Assembly: GCA_022825665.1 (NCBI GenBank)
Contig: JAJDWI010000112.1
Span: forward strand, 172-64,171
Reading direction: 5' to 3'
DNA: 64,000 nucleotides
Origin: Candidatus Poribacteria bacterium
GTDB taxonomy: Bacteria > Poribacteria > WGA-4E > WGA-3G
Shown here: positions 28,120 to 37,016 of the stretch, in pieces
Numbering within the stretch: position 1 is the first letter of the stretch
How the letters are laid out: the number at the start of each line of letters is the position of its first letter
Notes under the pieces: model-generated
Told to the model about the DNA's origin: nothing
The model's database searches: none
Seen by the model: only the letters and a program-made list of their open reading frames with translations
Position numbers and translations under genes: made by a program

Positions 28120-29856
28120 ATGGAAAATAAAGTACTCGGTTGGGTGAAAGTTGCCGAGTTAAGCGAAGTGCCTGAGGGACAACCGAAGGCAATTAAAATG
28201 GGTGAAGGACGCAGCATTGCCCTCTTTAACGAAGACGGAAAGATATATGCGACTGATAACCAGTGTCCACACATGGGTTACCCGTTGACGCGAGGCACAA
28301 TCCGAAATGGTATCCTCACATGTGATTGGCATAGGCGCAGCTTTGATTTAGAAGGTGGTGGATGTTTCCACGTCGAATGTGATGATCTACGAACGTTTCC
28401 TGTAGATATCAGAGGAGAGGAAATCTGGATTGAACCCGGTGATATGACATACCGCCGTGCCGAAGAACATAAGAAATTGCTCCGAGAAGGTCTTTTAAGC
28501 GAAGACCGTTGGACAATGTCAAAGGCAATTGCGCTGTTGCTTAAAGGTGGTGTCCCAGAAGAAGAGGTAATGGGAGCGATTCTTGAACACGTCGCACGAC
28601 ACATCCCCAGTGCTCACGGGTCAGAAGGTGGGGAGGATGTCTCCAAACTAATAAATGGACTTAGAGTTGGAAGTCGGTATGAAGGTGAAGATAGACTAAT
28701 CGCAGTCACCACCGCTGCATGTTCTGCTGCAGGAGAAGCACGGCAACGTCTTGAGGTAGTTCCCCTACCGGAACCTGTTACGTGGGAAAAGATAAGCCGT
28801 TGGGTTCGTATCTTCTCTTATGAAGGACAAGCTGGTAGAATTGAACGATGTCTGTTCACTGCTTATCATAAAGGCGATGAAGACAAATTACGTCCGTTGT
28901 TGTTTGAATGTGCTGTGGAACCCAATTTTATTGACAATCCACAAATACCGCTTTATGTGAGTTACCTTTCTGAAGTCGTTGATGAATTCGGATGGGACCG
29001 TACAGCTGACTTGTTCTTCTATCTCGGTGCAGACCTTGTAGGACACCATCCAGCAGACCCAGAACGGTATCGTAGAGACGCTATCAATCTTATGAAAGAG
29101 ATGCTACCATCCATTGAAGGTGCCACATTAGAACGCACCAATAAGTTTGATGAAGATGCATTTGTGGAAGCACTTACCAGCGTCAATCTCCAACGTTCCT
29201 TTGAGGAAGTTCAAACTGTCATAGTTGATGGTGTCAAGTTAGACAGAATTATTACAACACTTGTGTTGCTTGCAGCGGATAGGATGGCGAACACACCTGT
29301 TAATGTAGATGCGGGTTGGTGGAACTTAACAATGGAACTTAACCTTGCGTCTTCTCTACGGAGTGCACAGCAAATAGGTGGTAACCTTGTCGCAGCGAAG
29401 GGTTTATTCCATGTTGCATGGCAAATCTTTGCTGACCGATGGATCAATATCACCTCACGACCTCTGAGTGAACCGTTAAGTGCCGAAAAACTTAATGTCG
29501 CTAATGAGGATGAAGGTGTAAAACTAATTATTGGGACAATCGAGTCGCTCAACGTACAAGATGTGGGACCACAAGTGCTTGGATATCTAAATTCTGGTTA
29601 TTCTGGAGAACGTCTTATAAAAGAGATAGGACATTCAGTGCTATGGGATGATACAGGTAGTGAAGTCCTACCAACTTTACGTACTGTATTTGAAGAATGG
29701 AAACATGCTGACGGACATCCAGCACAACCCCAGTTATTAGTTGGATTAGCACGTTACGTTACAGATATCCGATCCAATACCGATAACAAATCTGCTGCTA
29801 CCACTGCAATGAATTTTGCAGAAGGTAGAACAACGATTGAGGTATTTGAGGAATAA
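28120..29856 (+). CDS. Rieske [2Fe-2S] domain protein with ~470-aa unassigned C-terminal domain (paralogue 1)
   Basis: C49-P-H51 ... C68-D-W-H71 (CPHMGYPLTRGTIRNGILTCDWH). The rest of the protein has no motif I recognise. Confidence 0.8.
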   Translation: MENKVLGWVKVAELSEVPEGQPKAIKMGEGRSIALFNEDGKIYATDNQCPHMGYPLTRGTIRNGILTCDWHRRSFDLEGGGCFHVECDDLRTFPVDIRGEEIWIEPGDMTYRRAEEHKKLLREGLLSEDRWTMSKAIALLLKGGVPEEEVMGAILEHVARHIPSAHGSEGGEDVSKLINGLRVGSRYEGEDRLIAVTTAACSAAGEARQRLEVVPLPEPVTWEKISRWVRIFSYEGQAGRIERCLFTAYHKGDEDKLRPLLFECAVEPNFIDNPQIPLYVSYLSEVVDEFGWDRTADLFFYLGADLVGHHPADPERYRRDAINLMKEMLPSIEGATLERTNKFDEDAFVEALTSVNLQRSFEEVQTVIVDGVKLDRIITTLVLLAADRMANTPVNVDAGWWNLTMELNLASSLRSAQQIGGNLVAAKGLFHVAWQIFADRWINITSRPLSEPLSAEKLNVANEDEGVKLIIGTIESLNVQDVGPQVLGYLNSGYSGERLIKEIGHSVLWDDTGSEVLPTLRTVFEEWKHADGHPAQPQLLVGLARYVTDIRSNTDNKSAATTAMNFAEGRTTIEVFEE

Positions 29857-29862
29857 TATCCG

Positions 29863-31143
29863 ATGCCCCAAAACACTTGGCACTTTCCACGCACAGAATA
29901 TATTGAAGCAGTAAATAAAGGCGATGCGAATCAGGTCAAGTCCTTGTTAGCAGATAGCGCGGAACTTCTTGAGTTCATTGATGCACCTTGGTTCGCCTTT
30001 GATTCTCCTGCTGTTGTGTTTGCCGCTTCAATGGTCAATCGTCCACTTGTGCAAGTTCTACTTGATGCAGGAGCGGATATCAATGCCAAGAGTTCTTGGT
30101 GGGCAGGTGGAACCACAGCACTGCAGCACGCAGCAGGTGCGATGCTCGGATACAACAAGGAATTAGCTGAGTATCTAATTGAACGCGGTGCAATTATTGA
30201 CGCACACGCTGCAGCTGGCTTAGATATGCTTGAAACGCTTGAGGATTTGATTCGTGAAGATCCTAAAGTAGTCAACGCACCGGGAAGCGATAGCATGTCC
30301 CCATTACATTTTGCAGCAACTCCCCGCATTGCTGAATTGCTACTAAAACACGGCGCAGACATAAATCTGCGTGACCGTGACCACTGGGGAACTGCTGCAC
30401 AATGGACAATGCGAAGACGACCTGAAGTATGTCGATACCTACTTGACCAAGGTGCAGAAGCGGATGTTGTCCTTTATTGTGTAATGGGTGATGTAGAACG
30501 CGCAAAGCAAGAGTTTCATAAGAATCCTGAACTCCTTAGGTTAAGAATTAATATGAATGCACCTGAAGGCTACATCATACCTCCGTTGAAACCGTCCAAG
30601 TCTAAAAATGAACAGATTAAGCCTGTTCCCGGTGGACATGTATACGTGTATCAGGTTGGACCGACTATGCCGCTACTTGAGATTGCCCTACAAGCCAAAC
30701 AACCAGAAATCGTTGATCTGCTCATTGATTCAGGTTATGAGATCAACTTACGAGACTGGTATATGTTGGTTGGACAAGGACCTAAACGGTTTGATGCATT
30801 ATTAAAAAGTTTTATTGCTAAAGGTCGTGATATCAATGCACTTCAAAAACATAGACGAGGTATGTGGACACCGCTACATTGGGTTGCACAACGCGGGTTA
30901 ACGAATGGCGTTGCCTGTTTATTGAAGAACGGTGCTGACCCGAATGTAACCGATGACAAAGGACAAACCCCTTTACACTTTATTGCTCAAAAAGGCGTTG
31001 GTAAAAACCAAGCGGAGTTACTGATTGAGCACGGTGCAGATGTCAATACACGTGATGATTCAGGACAGACACCGCTTGATTACGCTAAGAAGGCAAAGCG
31101 GAAAACAGTTGCAGATTTTCTGTCAAAATTGGAATTGCGTTAA
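29863..31143 (+). CDS. ankyrin repeat protein
   Basis: Multiple TPLH.A...G....LL..GAD.N units (e.g. SPLHFAATPRIAELLLKHGADINLRD, TPLHWVAQRG, TPLHFIAQKG, TPLDYA). The ATG is 6 nt after the upstream stop. Confidence 0.9.
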   Translation: MPQNTWHFPRTEYIEAVNKGDANQVKSLLADSAELLEFIDAPWFAFDSPAVVFAASMVNRPLVQVLLDAGADINAKSSWWAGGTTALQHAAGAMLGYNKELAEYLIERGAIIDAHAAAGLDMLETLEDLIREDPKVVNAPGSDSMSPLHFAATPRIAELLLKHGADINLRDRDHWGTAAQWTMRRRPEVCRYLLDQGAEADVVLYCVMGDVERAKQEFHKNPELLRLRINMNAPEGYIIPPLKPSKSKNEQIKPVPGGHVYVYQVGPTMPLLEIALQAKQPEIVDLLIDSGYEINLRDWYMLVGQGPKRFDALLKSFIAKGRDINALQKHRRGMWTPLHWVAQRGLTNGVACLLKNGADPNVTDDKGQTPLHFIAQKGVGKNQAELLIEHGADVNTRDDSGQTPLDYAKKAKRKTVADFLSKLELR

Positions 31144-31342
31144 ATAGTGACAACAAAGATGCGATTACGCATCTAACCAGCATCAGTGCAGCAAAAAATA
31201 GAAACCACTGACCCATCAATATAACAGTATGTAGGTTGGAGAGAACAAAGTGAAACCCGACAGATTGAATTGATGAAAACACATGCATCTTCGGTTAGAA
31301 CAAATCGTTTCCTGCCGTTGATGTAAATAGGAGAAGTATATA

Positions 31343-33091
31343 ATGTTATCAGAAAATGGAAATTTCGTTAAAGTCGCTGCCCGCAATGATATAGCAGAAG
31401 GAAAACCAAGGGCAGTTAGAGTTGAAGGGCATAGTATTGCCCTATTTGAACATGAAGGCAATGTTTATGCAACGGATAATCAATGTCCACACATGGGCTA
31501 TCCGCTCATAAGAGGACATGTCAAAAGAGGTGTGTTAGCATGTGACTGGCATGGATGGAGTTATGATATGGAAGGCGGTGGGTGCTTCACCGGTGGTTGT
31601 GATGACCTTGCCACATTTCCTGTTGAAGTCCGAAATGGGGACATCTACATTGATGTTGAAAGTGGTGGAAAAAAACGCGATGACGCACATTTTCTGTTAT
31701 TGAAAGAAGGGCTATTTTCACAAGACAGTTGGACGCTTTCCAAAGCTATTGCCATTATGTTAGCGAAAGGTGTTTCAGAAGACGAAACCTTGGAGATAAT
31801 GGTCAAGCACATGGTGCGGCATATTTCAACCACCCAAGATGCACGAAGCGGTGGTGGACGAATCGCAACACTGATGTACGGAATTAAGGTCGCGCACATG
31901 TATGAGGCTGAAGACAGACTTATTCCGCTGATGATGGCTGCAACGCATGCTGCGGGTAGTCACAATGACCGTCCTGACCGACAACCTTTACCACCACCAG
32001 TTGACTGGGAAAAACTCGAAAATTGGATTAGAGTGTTCACAGCTGATAAAGAGTGGGAAGGTATAGAAAAATGCCTAATCACAGCAAGAGCATTAGGTGG
32101 ACATGAAGATAAATTCATCCCGCTCTTCCTCGATTGTGCATCCCAATGGTTTTTCCTCAGCTACTCCAGAAACCTTATTGACCTTTGTCATCTGGCTGAA
32201 GTGCTTGAGAAATGGGGATGGGAGTTAACCGGAGAATTAGTGTGCAACCTCGGCGCAAAAATACTCGGGCAAGGTAGAGGTAGACCTGGTGAACGTCTCC
32301 GTGAAGCACTCCAAAAACTGGAAGAAATTGAGCATATTTTTGATGATCTGCCACAGGAACAATCACCTGATGTTGACGTCGACTTTGACGAAGATGAATT
32401 ATCCGCAGATCTTGTCAGTGGGGATATAGACACAATATTTGATGCTATCACGAAAGTACTTACAGCAGGCGTTCCCATTGACTCAATTGCTACCACTATG
32501 GTTATGACCGCTGCTGATAGGATGGCAAGAACACCGGTTAACATGAGTCCAGGTTGGTGGGATTTACAAGAAGAGATGGAAATGGCTGCTAACATCAGAA
32601 AACTACTCCGATTTGGCGGCACAAAAATAGCAGCAAAGGCTCTCTACCATTGTGGATGGAGATTTTACTCAAACCGATGGCTAAACATACGACATCAACC
32701 TATTTCAGAGGTGAGAACGACTTCTACCACCAAAGTACTTGATGAAGATATTGCAATTGACGCAATCATTGATGGGATTGAATCTGTCCGCATCCAAGAA
32801 ATCGGACGACGTACCCGAGAATATCTGAACTCAGGCTGCTCTGCTGAACGGTTGATGCGTGAAATGGGACTATGTATTCTCAAGGATGATAGAGGAGACA
32901 ACCTCCTCAGCAGCATCTATATTGTATCTAATGAATGGAAAAGGTGCGAGTCACATCCTGCCAGAAATCAACTGATCGTTGGGTTAGCACGATGGGCAAC
33001 GGATATTCGTAGAAATACTGGAAACGACTCCGCTGTGCAAACGGCACACCGTTTTGCAAAAGGCGAGACCGCTACAGAACTTTATGAATAA
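31343..33091 (+). CDS. Rieske [2Fe-2S] domain protein with ~470-aa unassigned C-terminal domain (paralogue 2)
   Basis: CPHMGYPLIRGHVKRGVLACDWH. Collinear with 28120-29856 along its full length. Confidence 0.8.
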   Translation: MLSENGNFVKVAARNDIAEGKPRAVRVEGHSIALFEHEGNVYATDNQCPHMGYPLIRGHVKRGVLACDWHGWSYDMEGGGCFTGGCDDLATFPVEVRNGDIYIDVESGGKKRDDAHFLLLKEGLFSQDSWTLSKAIAIMLAKGVSEDETLEIMVKHMVRHISTTQDARSGGGRIATLMYGIKVAHMYEAEDRLIPLMMAATHAAGSHNDRPDRQPLPPPVDWEKLENWIRVFTADKEWEGIEKCLITARALGGHEDKFIPLFLDCASQWFFLSYSRNLIDLCHLAEVLEKWGWELTGELVCNLGAKILGQGRGRPGERLREALQKLEEIEHIFDDLPQEQSPDVDVDFDEDELSADLVSGDIDTIFDAITKVLTAGVPIDSIATTMVMTAADRMARTPVNMSPGWWDLQEEMEMAANIRKLLRFGGTKIAAKALYHCGWRFYSNRWLNIRHQPISEVRTTSTTKVLDEDIAIDAIIDGIESVRIQEIGRRTREYLNSGCSAERLMREMGLCILKDDRGDNLLSSIYIVSNEWKRCESHPARNQLIVGLARWATDIRRNTGNDSAVQTAHRFAKGETATELYE

Positions 33092-33102
33092 CACAATTGC
33101 AT

Positions 33103-33150
33103 GAAATGTTGTGCGGGGTCTCTGTGTCCCGCACAACATTTCTTTAGATT
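33103..33150 (+). terminator. strong stem-loop downstream of the Rieske paralogue 2 stop
   Basis: Perfect 15-bp stem: gaaatgttgtgcggg (33103-33117) pairs with cccgcacaacatttc (33128-33142), with a 10-nt loop. It is followed by a short ttt. Confidence 0.6.
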
Positions 33151-33182
33151 TATAGTAGACAAAGTTCCATCCTCAGACCTAT

Positions 33183-33332
33183 CCATAAGCGTCAATTTAA
33201 GGAGGAAATGCGTTTGTAGTTACACTTTTCAATGTGCCTCTTACATTATCATTATCGTAGGGGCGAGGTCTCCTCGCCCGTATTCTCATATACAGTCCTG
33301 TAGGTCGGAGAGCAAAGCGACCTACGACATGG
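33183..33332. repeat. left half of the composite repeat (ccataagcgtcaattta, A-variant, B, hairpin module)
   Basis: Collinear with 23669-23815 and 61671-61820. Confidence 0.75.
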
Positions 33333-33370
33333 ATACTAAGCCCGGACAAATGCTATACGGGGAGTATCTT

Positions 33371-34408
33371 ATGAAGATTAATTTATTCTTAATGAAAAAT
33401 ATCCTTCTATCCATCCTATTATGCATATTATGTATGTCAGCACATAGTGCATCATTGGAGTCCGCATTTCAACTTGGCGAAAAGCAGAACCCTCGACTTG
33501 ACAGATTGCTACCTGATGTTGCGCGGTATATGGCTTTTAATAAGAATAGCACAAAGTTGATTGCAGAAGAGATGGGTGGAACGATAGTAGAATGGGATTT
33601 TATATCGCGCAAAAGACGGGAGTTAGGTCACATTCAAGCAAAGCGATTGTTTGTATATTCCAATTCCACCAGTCAACTCTTAATTCAGAAAGAAGATGAT
33701 GTCACTATTCTCAATCTCATAGATGGCAATGAAACACAGATTACAAAGGGACAATATGAAAGTGGGAGTCTTTCAGCTGACAGCACCTTAGCTGTGTTGT
33801 CGAAAGGTGACAAAGAATTCGGGTTTTGGCAAATCACTAAAGACAGTTCAAAGCCAGTGAAGACTTTTCAGACAACTTTACCTGTCAGGAACGGTCTTAC
33901 ACTATCCGATAACGGAAAGTTTATTGCGACTGCTGAAGGAACTTACCGTGATGGTGAAGGACATCGTACAATTATAGAAATTTGGAATGTAAATGATGAA
34001 AAGCAACCTATACGAGTCATAAACACGGGTGAAATTCTTGGTGTGTAGAACCTTGTATTTTCACACGATGGGACAATGCTCGCGGTTGACACACAACTCA
34101 ATGCAAAATCTGGAATTCGCGTATGGGATATAAAGACAGGTGCACATCTACTCAACAAATCCGGTTTTGAGGCATATTGGACACGTGCCCTTACTTTCGC
34201 TCCTAACAATAAATCAAATCCTATAGAATACCTTTTCTCAGGCGACGAGAAAGGTAATTTACGAATATGGAAAATCCCCAGTGGTGAATCTACAATTCAT
34301 GTAAACTATCCAACCGGTATCCAAACGTTAGCCTTCTCACCCAACGGTAAATATTTGGCAGTAGCACTGTGGGACACCACAATTCAAATTTTGAGGTGGA
34401 CAAGATGA
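33371..34408 (+). pseudogene. secreted WD40/beta-propeller repeat protein interrupted by an in-frame TAG (34046-34048)
   Basis: ATG 33371 with RBS ggag, and signal-like MKINLFLMKNILLSILLCILCMSAHS. ORFs 33101-34048 and 34076-34408 share a frame. The WD-like units continue across the stop (...GEILGV*NLVFSHDGTMLAV...IRVWD...LRIWK...LAFSPNGKYLAV). Confidence 0.65.
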
Positions 34409-34911
34409 GTAATAATAATGAATCTTATACTGACGAAAAAGGACGCACCCGGTGGCATATTAACGATGAAATAGCGTTAAGATTTATGGAACTCCATGCC
34501 TTCTTGATTATAGCAGATTATCCCGAAGACCATGCCTCGCGCTATCCACGTTTGGCACATTCCATTTCTCGCTTTCCAGAATCAGTTGCTGATCTCGTGG
34601 AGCAAGATCGGCTAATTGAAGAAATCGGTGGGGTAGGGGATATTGTCGCAACTATCATCACCGAATATCTTCAAACTGGCACCTGTTCAAAAATGGACGA
34701 ATATGCAGGTGACATACCACGATCAATAACTGAACTCGTTCCTGTTCCAGGATTGGGTGGGAAAACTATTAAGCGGCTGTATGAAGATATTGGGATAGAT
34801 AGTCTTGCATCCCTCCGTTCAGCAATTGATGAAGGAAAACTCAAAGGTTTCAAAGGCATTGGAAAGAAAACTCTTGAAAAAATAGAGGAATACCTTGATA
34901 CAAATTTATAA
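34405..34911 (+). CDS. PolX N-terminal-like (8-kDa lyase-like + helix-hairpin-helix) protein, no polymerase domain, paralogue A
   Basis: The ATG overlaps the WD40 stop (atga). GGVGDIVATIITEYLQTG and VPGLGGKTIKRLYEDIGIDSL...GFKGIGKKTLEKI resemble the first ~160 aa of family X polymerases. Confidence 0.65.
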   Translation: MSNNNESYTDEKGRTRWHINDEIALRFMELHAFLIIADYPEDHASRYPRLAHSISRFPESVADLVEQDRLIEEIGGVGDIVATIITEYLQTGTCSKMDEYAGDIPRSITELVPVPGLGGKTIKRLYEDIGIDSLASLRSAIDEGKLKGFKGIGKKTLEKIEEYLDTNL

Positions 34912-34973
34912 TCTGAAGCAATCCTTGATACTCTTCATTTTGAAGAATAAATTAAGGTAAGGATGATGTCAAA

Positions 34974-35456
34974 ATGGAACAAAAAGAACACACAAACAGA
35001 CTAACCAACGATGAAATCGCCCAAAAACTGATGGAACTGCATACAATTCTGATTGTCGCTGATTATCCGGAAGACCACGCAGCACGTTACCCCCGTCTTG
35101 CATATACAATTTCTCGTATGGAAGAATCAGTATCGGACTTAGTTGCTCGAGGAAGATTACAAGACGAGATCCCCGGTGTCGGAGATATAGTCTCAACAAT
35201 CATCACTGAATATGTAGAAACCGGAACATGCTCAAAATTACAAGAATACGCAAGCGATGTCCCGCAGACAATTGTTGAACTCATACCTATTCCCGGACTC
35301 GGTCCAAAGACAATTAAACTTCTATATCAGGAGATAGGTATTGATAGTCTGCAATCACTTCAAAACGCAATTAATGAAGATAAACTAAAAGGGATCAAAG
35401 GTGTCGGAAAGAAAACAATAGAAAAATTTGAAGAATACCTTAATGAAAATTTGTAA
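34974..35456 (+). CDS. PolX N-terminal-like HhH protein, paralogue B
   Basis: 160 aa, about two-thirds identical by eye to 34405-34911 and collinear with it. Confidence 0.65.
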   Translation: MEQKEHTNRLTNDEIAQKLMELHTILIVADYPEDHAARYPRLAYTISRMEESVSDLVARGRLQDEIPGVGDIVSTIITEYVETGTCSKLQEYASDVPQTIVELIPIPGLGPKTIKLLYQEIGIDSLQSLQNAINEDKLKGIKGVGKKTIEKFEEYLNENL

Positions 35457-35483
35457 TTGATATTTTTACATACAGGTGAAATT

Positions 35484-35969
35484 ATGGCAAGTTCACGAGA
35501 TACAGGCGAAATGGTGGATGGCAAAAAGCATGGGTATTGGGTAACTTACTACGCCACTGGTGTAAAGCGAAGTGAAGGCAACTACATTCACGGCAAAAAA
35601 GATGGTCCCTGGATCAATTATCATAAAAATGGAAACAAATCAGGCGAAGCCTCCTTCCGTGATGGAAAATACGAAGGTCCTTGTATCACATATCATGAAA
35701 ACGGTAACCTTAGATCCAGTGGTTCCTATCCTAAACATGAGGGTAAGTCTTATGATGGGAAAAAGGAGGGACCATTTTACAATTACGAAGAAGACGGAGA
35801 AACGGTGTGGCTAATCATAACTTATAAAAAAGGTGGTAGTCGTGCAAAACCCGACGAGTATCCCCTTGGAACATGTGAGGTATGTGGTGAGGTAAGACGT
35901 TTAAATTGGACTGATAGCTGCCCAAAATGTGGTGCAGAAATTGATGAGTCAGAAGTTATTCCCAATTAA
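35484..35969 (+). CDS. MORN-repeat-variant (YwqK-like) protein with C-terminal CxxC...CxxC zinc ribbon, paralogue A
   Basis: GKKHGYW.TYY..G.K.SEGNYIHGKKDGPW repeats, then CEVCG...CPKCG. ATG 35484 with RBS aggtga is preferred over the track start at 35457. Confidence 0.7.
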   Translation: MASSRDTGEMVDGKKHGYWVTYYATGVKRSEGNYIHGKKDGPWINYHKNGNKSGEASFRDGKYEGPCITYHENGNLRSSGSYPKHEGKSYDGKKEGPFYNYEEDGETVWLIITYKKGGSRAKPDEYPLGTCEVCGEVRRLNWTDSCPKCGAEIDESEVIPN

Positions 35970-35981
35970 CAGATTTATCTT

Positions 35982-36117
35982 ATACCATTTCTAAATAATA
36001 ACTTTTCATTAACAAAGAACGCGTTTGTAGTCGCGCAATTCATTGTGCCTCTTACACTAACGTAGGAGCGAGGTCGCCTCGCTCGTGCAAACAAGATAAT
36101 TCAGGTTAATTTGGTAT
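35982..36117 (+). repeat. MITE variant between the two MORN paralogues
   Basis: ataccatttctaaataataacttttcattaacaaa + module A + module B + gtgcaaacaagataattcaggttaatttggtat. The right end also occurs at 61190-61225. Confidence 0.75.
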
Positions 36118-36131
36118 TATGAGGTGAAATT

Positions 36132-36596
36132 ATGGCAAGTGCAAGAGATACAGGTGAAATGGTCGATGGTAAAAAACATGGGTACTGGATTACCTATTTT
36201 GCCAACGGATTAAAACGTAGCGAAGGAAACTTCATCCACGGCAAAAAAGACGGAAAATGGATCCTCTATCACAAGAATGGGAATATATCCAGCGTAGCAT
36301 ATTTCCGGGATAATAAGTACGAGGGCGATTATATATGCTATCATGAAAATGGGAATCGCAAATGGGGTGGTCCCTACAAGAAACATGATGGCACATCTTC
36401 CGACGGGAGAAAAGAGGGAGTTTGGCACTGTTGGGAAGAGGACGGCGAGACGATATGGCGTATTATCACCTATAAAAAAGGCGGTGCCCGCGCAAAACCA
36501 GACGAACATCCTTTCGGTGAATGCCACGGTTGCGGCGAAGGTAGACGCTCAACGTGGACAGATAATTGCCCAAGGTGTGGCGAACCACTTAACTAA
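36132..36596 (+). CDS. MORN-repeat-variant protein with C-terminal zinc ribbon, paralogue B
   Basis: 154 aa, collinear with 35484-35969 including the RBS context (aggtgaaattatggcaagt). Ends with CHGCG...CPRCG. Confidence 0.7.
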   Translation: MASARDTGEMVDGKKHGYWITYFANGLKRSEGNFIHGKKDGKWILYHKNGNISSVAYFRDNKYEGDYICYHENGNRKWGGPYKKHDGTSSDGRKEGVWHCWEEDGETIWRIITYKKGGARAKPDEHPFGECHGCGEGRRSTWTDNCPRCGEPLN

Positions 36597-36776
36597 TACC
36601 ATTTCTAAATAATAACTTCTCATTTACAAAAAACGCGTTTGTAGTCGCGCAATTCACGCGCCTCTTACATTCTCGTAGGGGTGAGGTCGCCTCGCCCGCA
36701 TTCTCACATATAGTCCTGTAGGTCGAAACAAACTTGCAACCTACAACATGCTTGTCTAAACCAAGATTTTCAGGAT
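36596..36776 (+). repeat. MITE left half plus A, B, hairpin and D modules
   Basis: It starts on the last base of the TAA stop codon (36594-36596) of the upstream gene. Collinear with 23690-23841. Confidence 0.75.
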
Positions 36777-36931
36777 ACTTCTCATAATATATCAGTCAGA
36801 ATCAGAAAAAACAAAGAGAACGCGGAAAGCACGGAAGGAAAAGGTGTTTTCCGCGCCTTCGGCGATTCAAACAGAAAAATCGACAATTGAATGTCTCTGT
36901 TTGCCTCTGCATAGAATTTGCTTTAAATGTG

Positions 36932-36962
36932 CATTCAGCATATAATACGGATATGCTGAATG
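36932..36962. promoter_or_regulatory. perfect 12-bp inverted repeat (cattcagcatat N7 atatgctgaatg), possible operator
   Basis: Arms at 36932-36943 and 36951-36962. It lies 55 nt upstream of the ATG at 37017, and tataat is at 36992-36997. Confidence 0.35.
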
Positions 36963-37016
36963 TGATTCTGTCGCATAAGCGTGGAATTAGGTATAATAAC
37001 ACTTAAGGAGAAATGT

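Noticed and set aside
33101-33370. N-terminal 90 codons of track ORF 33101-34048.
   Set aside because: This part covers a 15-bp terminator-like hairpin and the composite-repeat left half. A proper RBS, ATG and signal peptide occur at 33371.
13967-34048. Genetic-code reassignment of TAG (e.g. pyrrolysine or sense recoding) as an explanation for the two in-frame TAGs at 13967-13969 and 34046-34048.
   Set aside because: TAG terminates several well-supported genes here (ends at 2190, 8985, 9806), and no pyl genes are seen. Point mutation or sequencing error is more parsimonious.
21400-36800. Possibility that the recurring palindromic repeats form a CRISPR array.
   Set aside because: The repeats are dispersed between genes, heterogeneous in module content, irregularly spaced, and often have terminal inverted repeats. 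There is no repeat-spacer periodicity and no cas genes.
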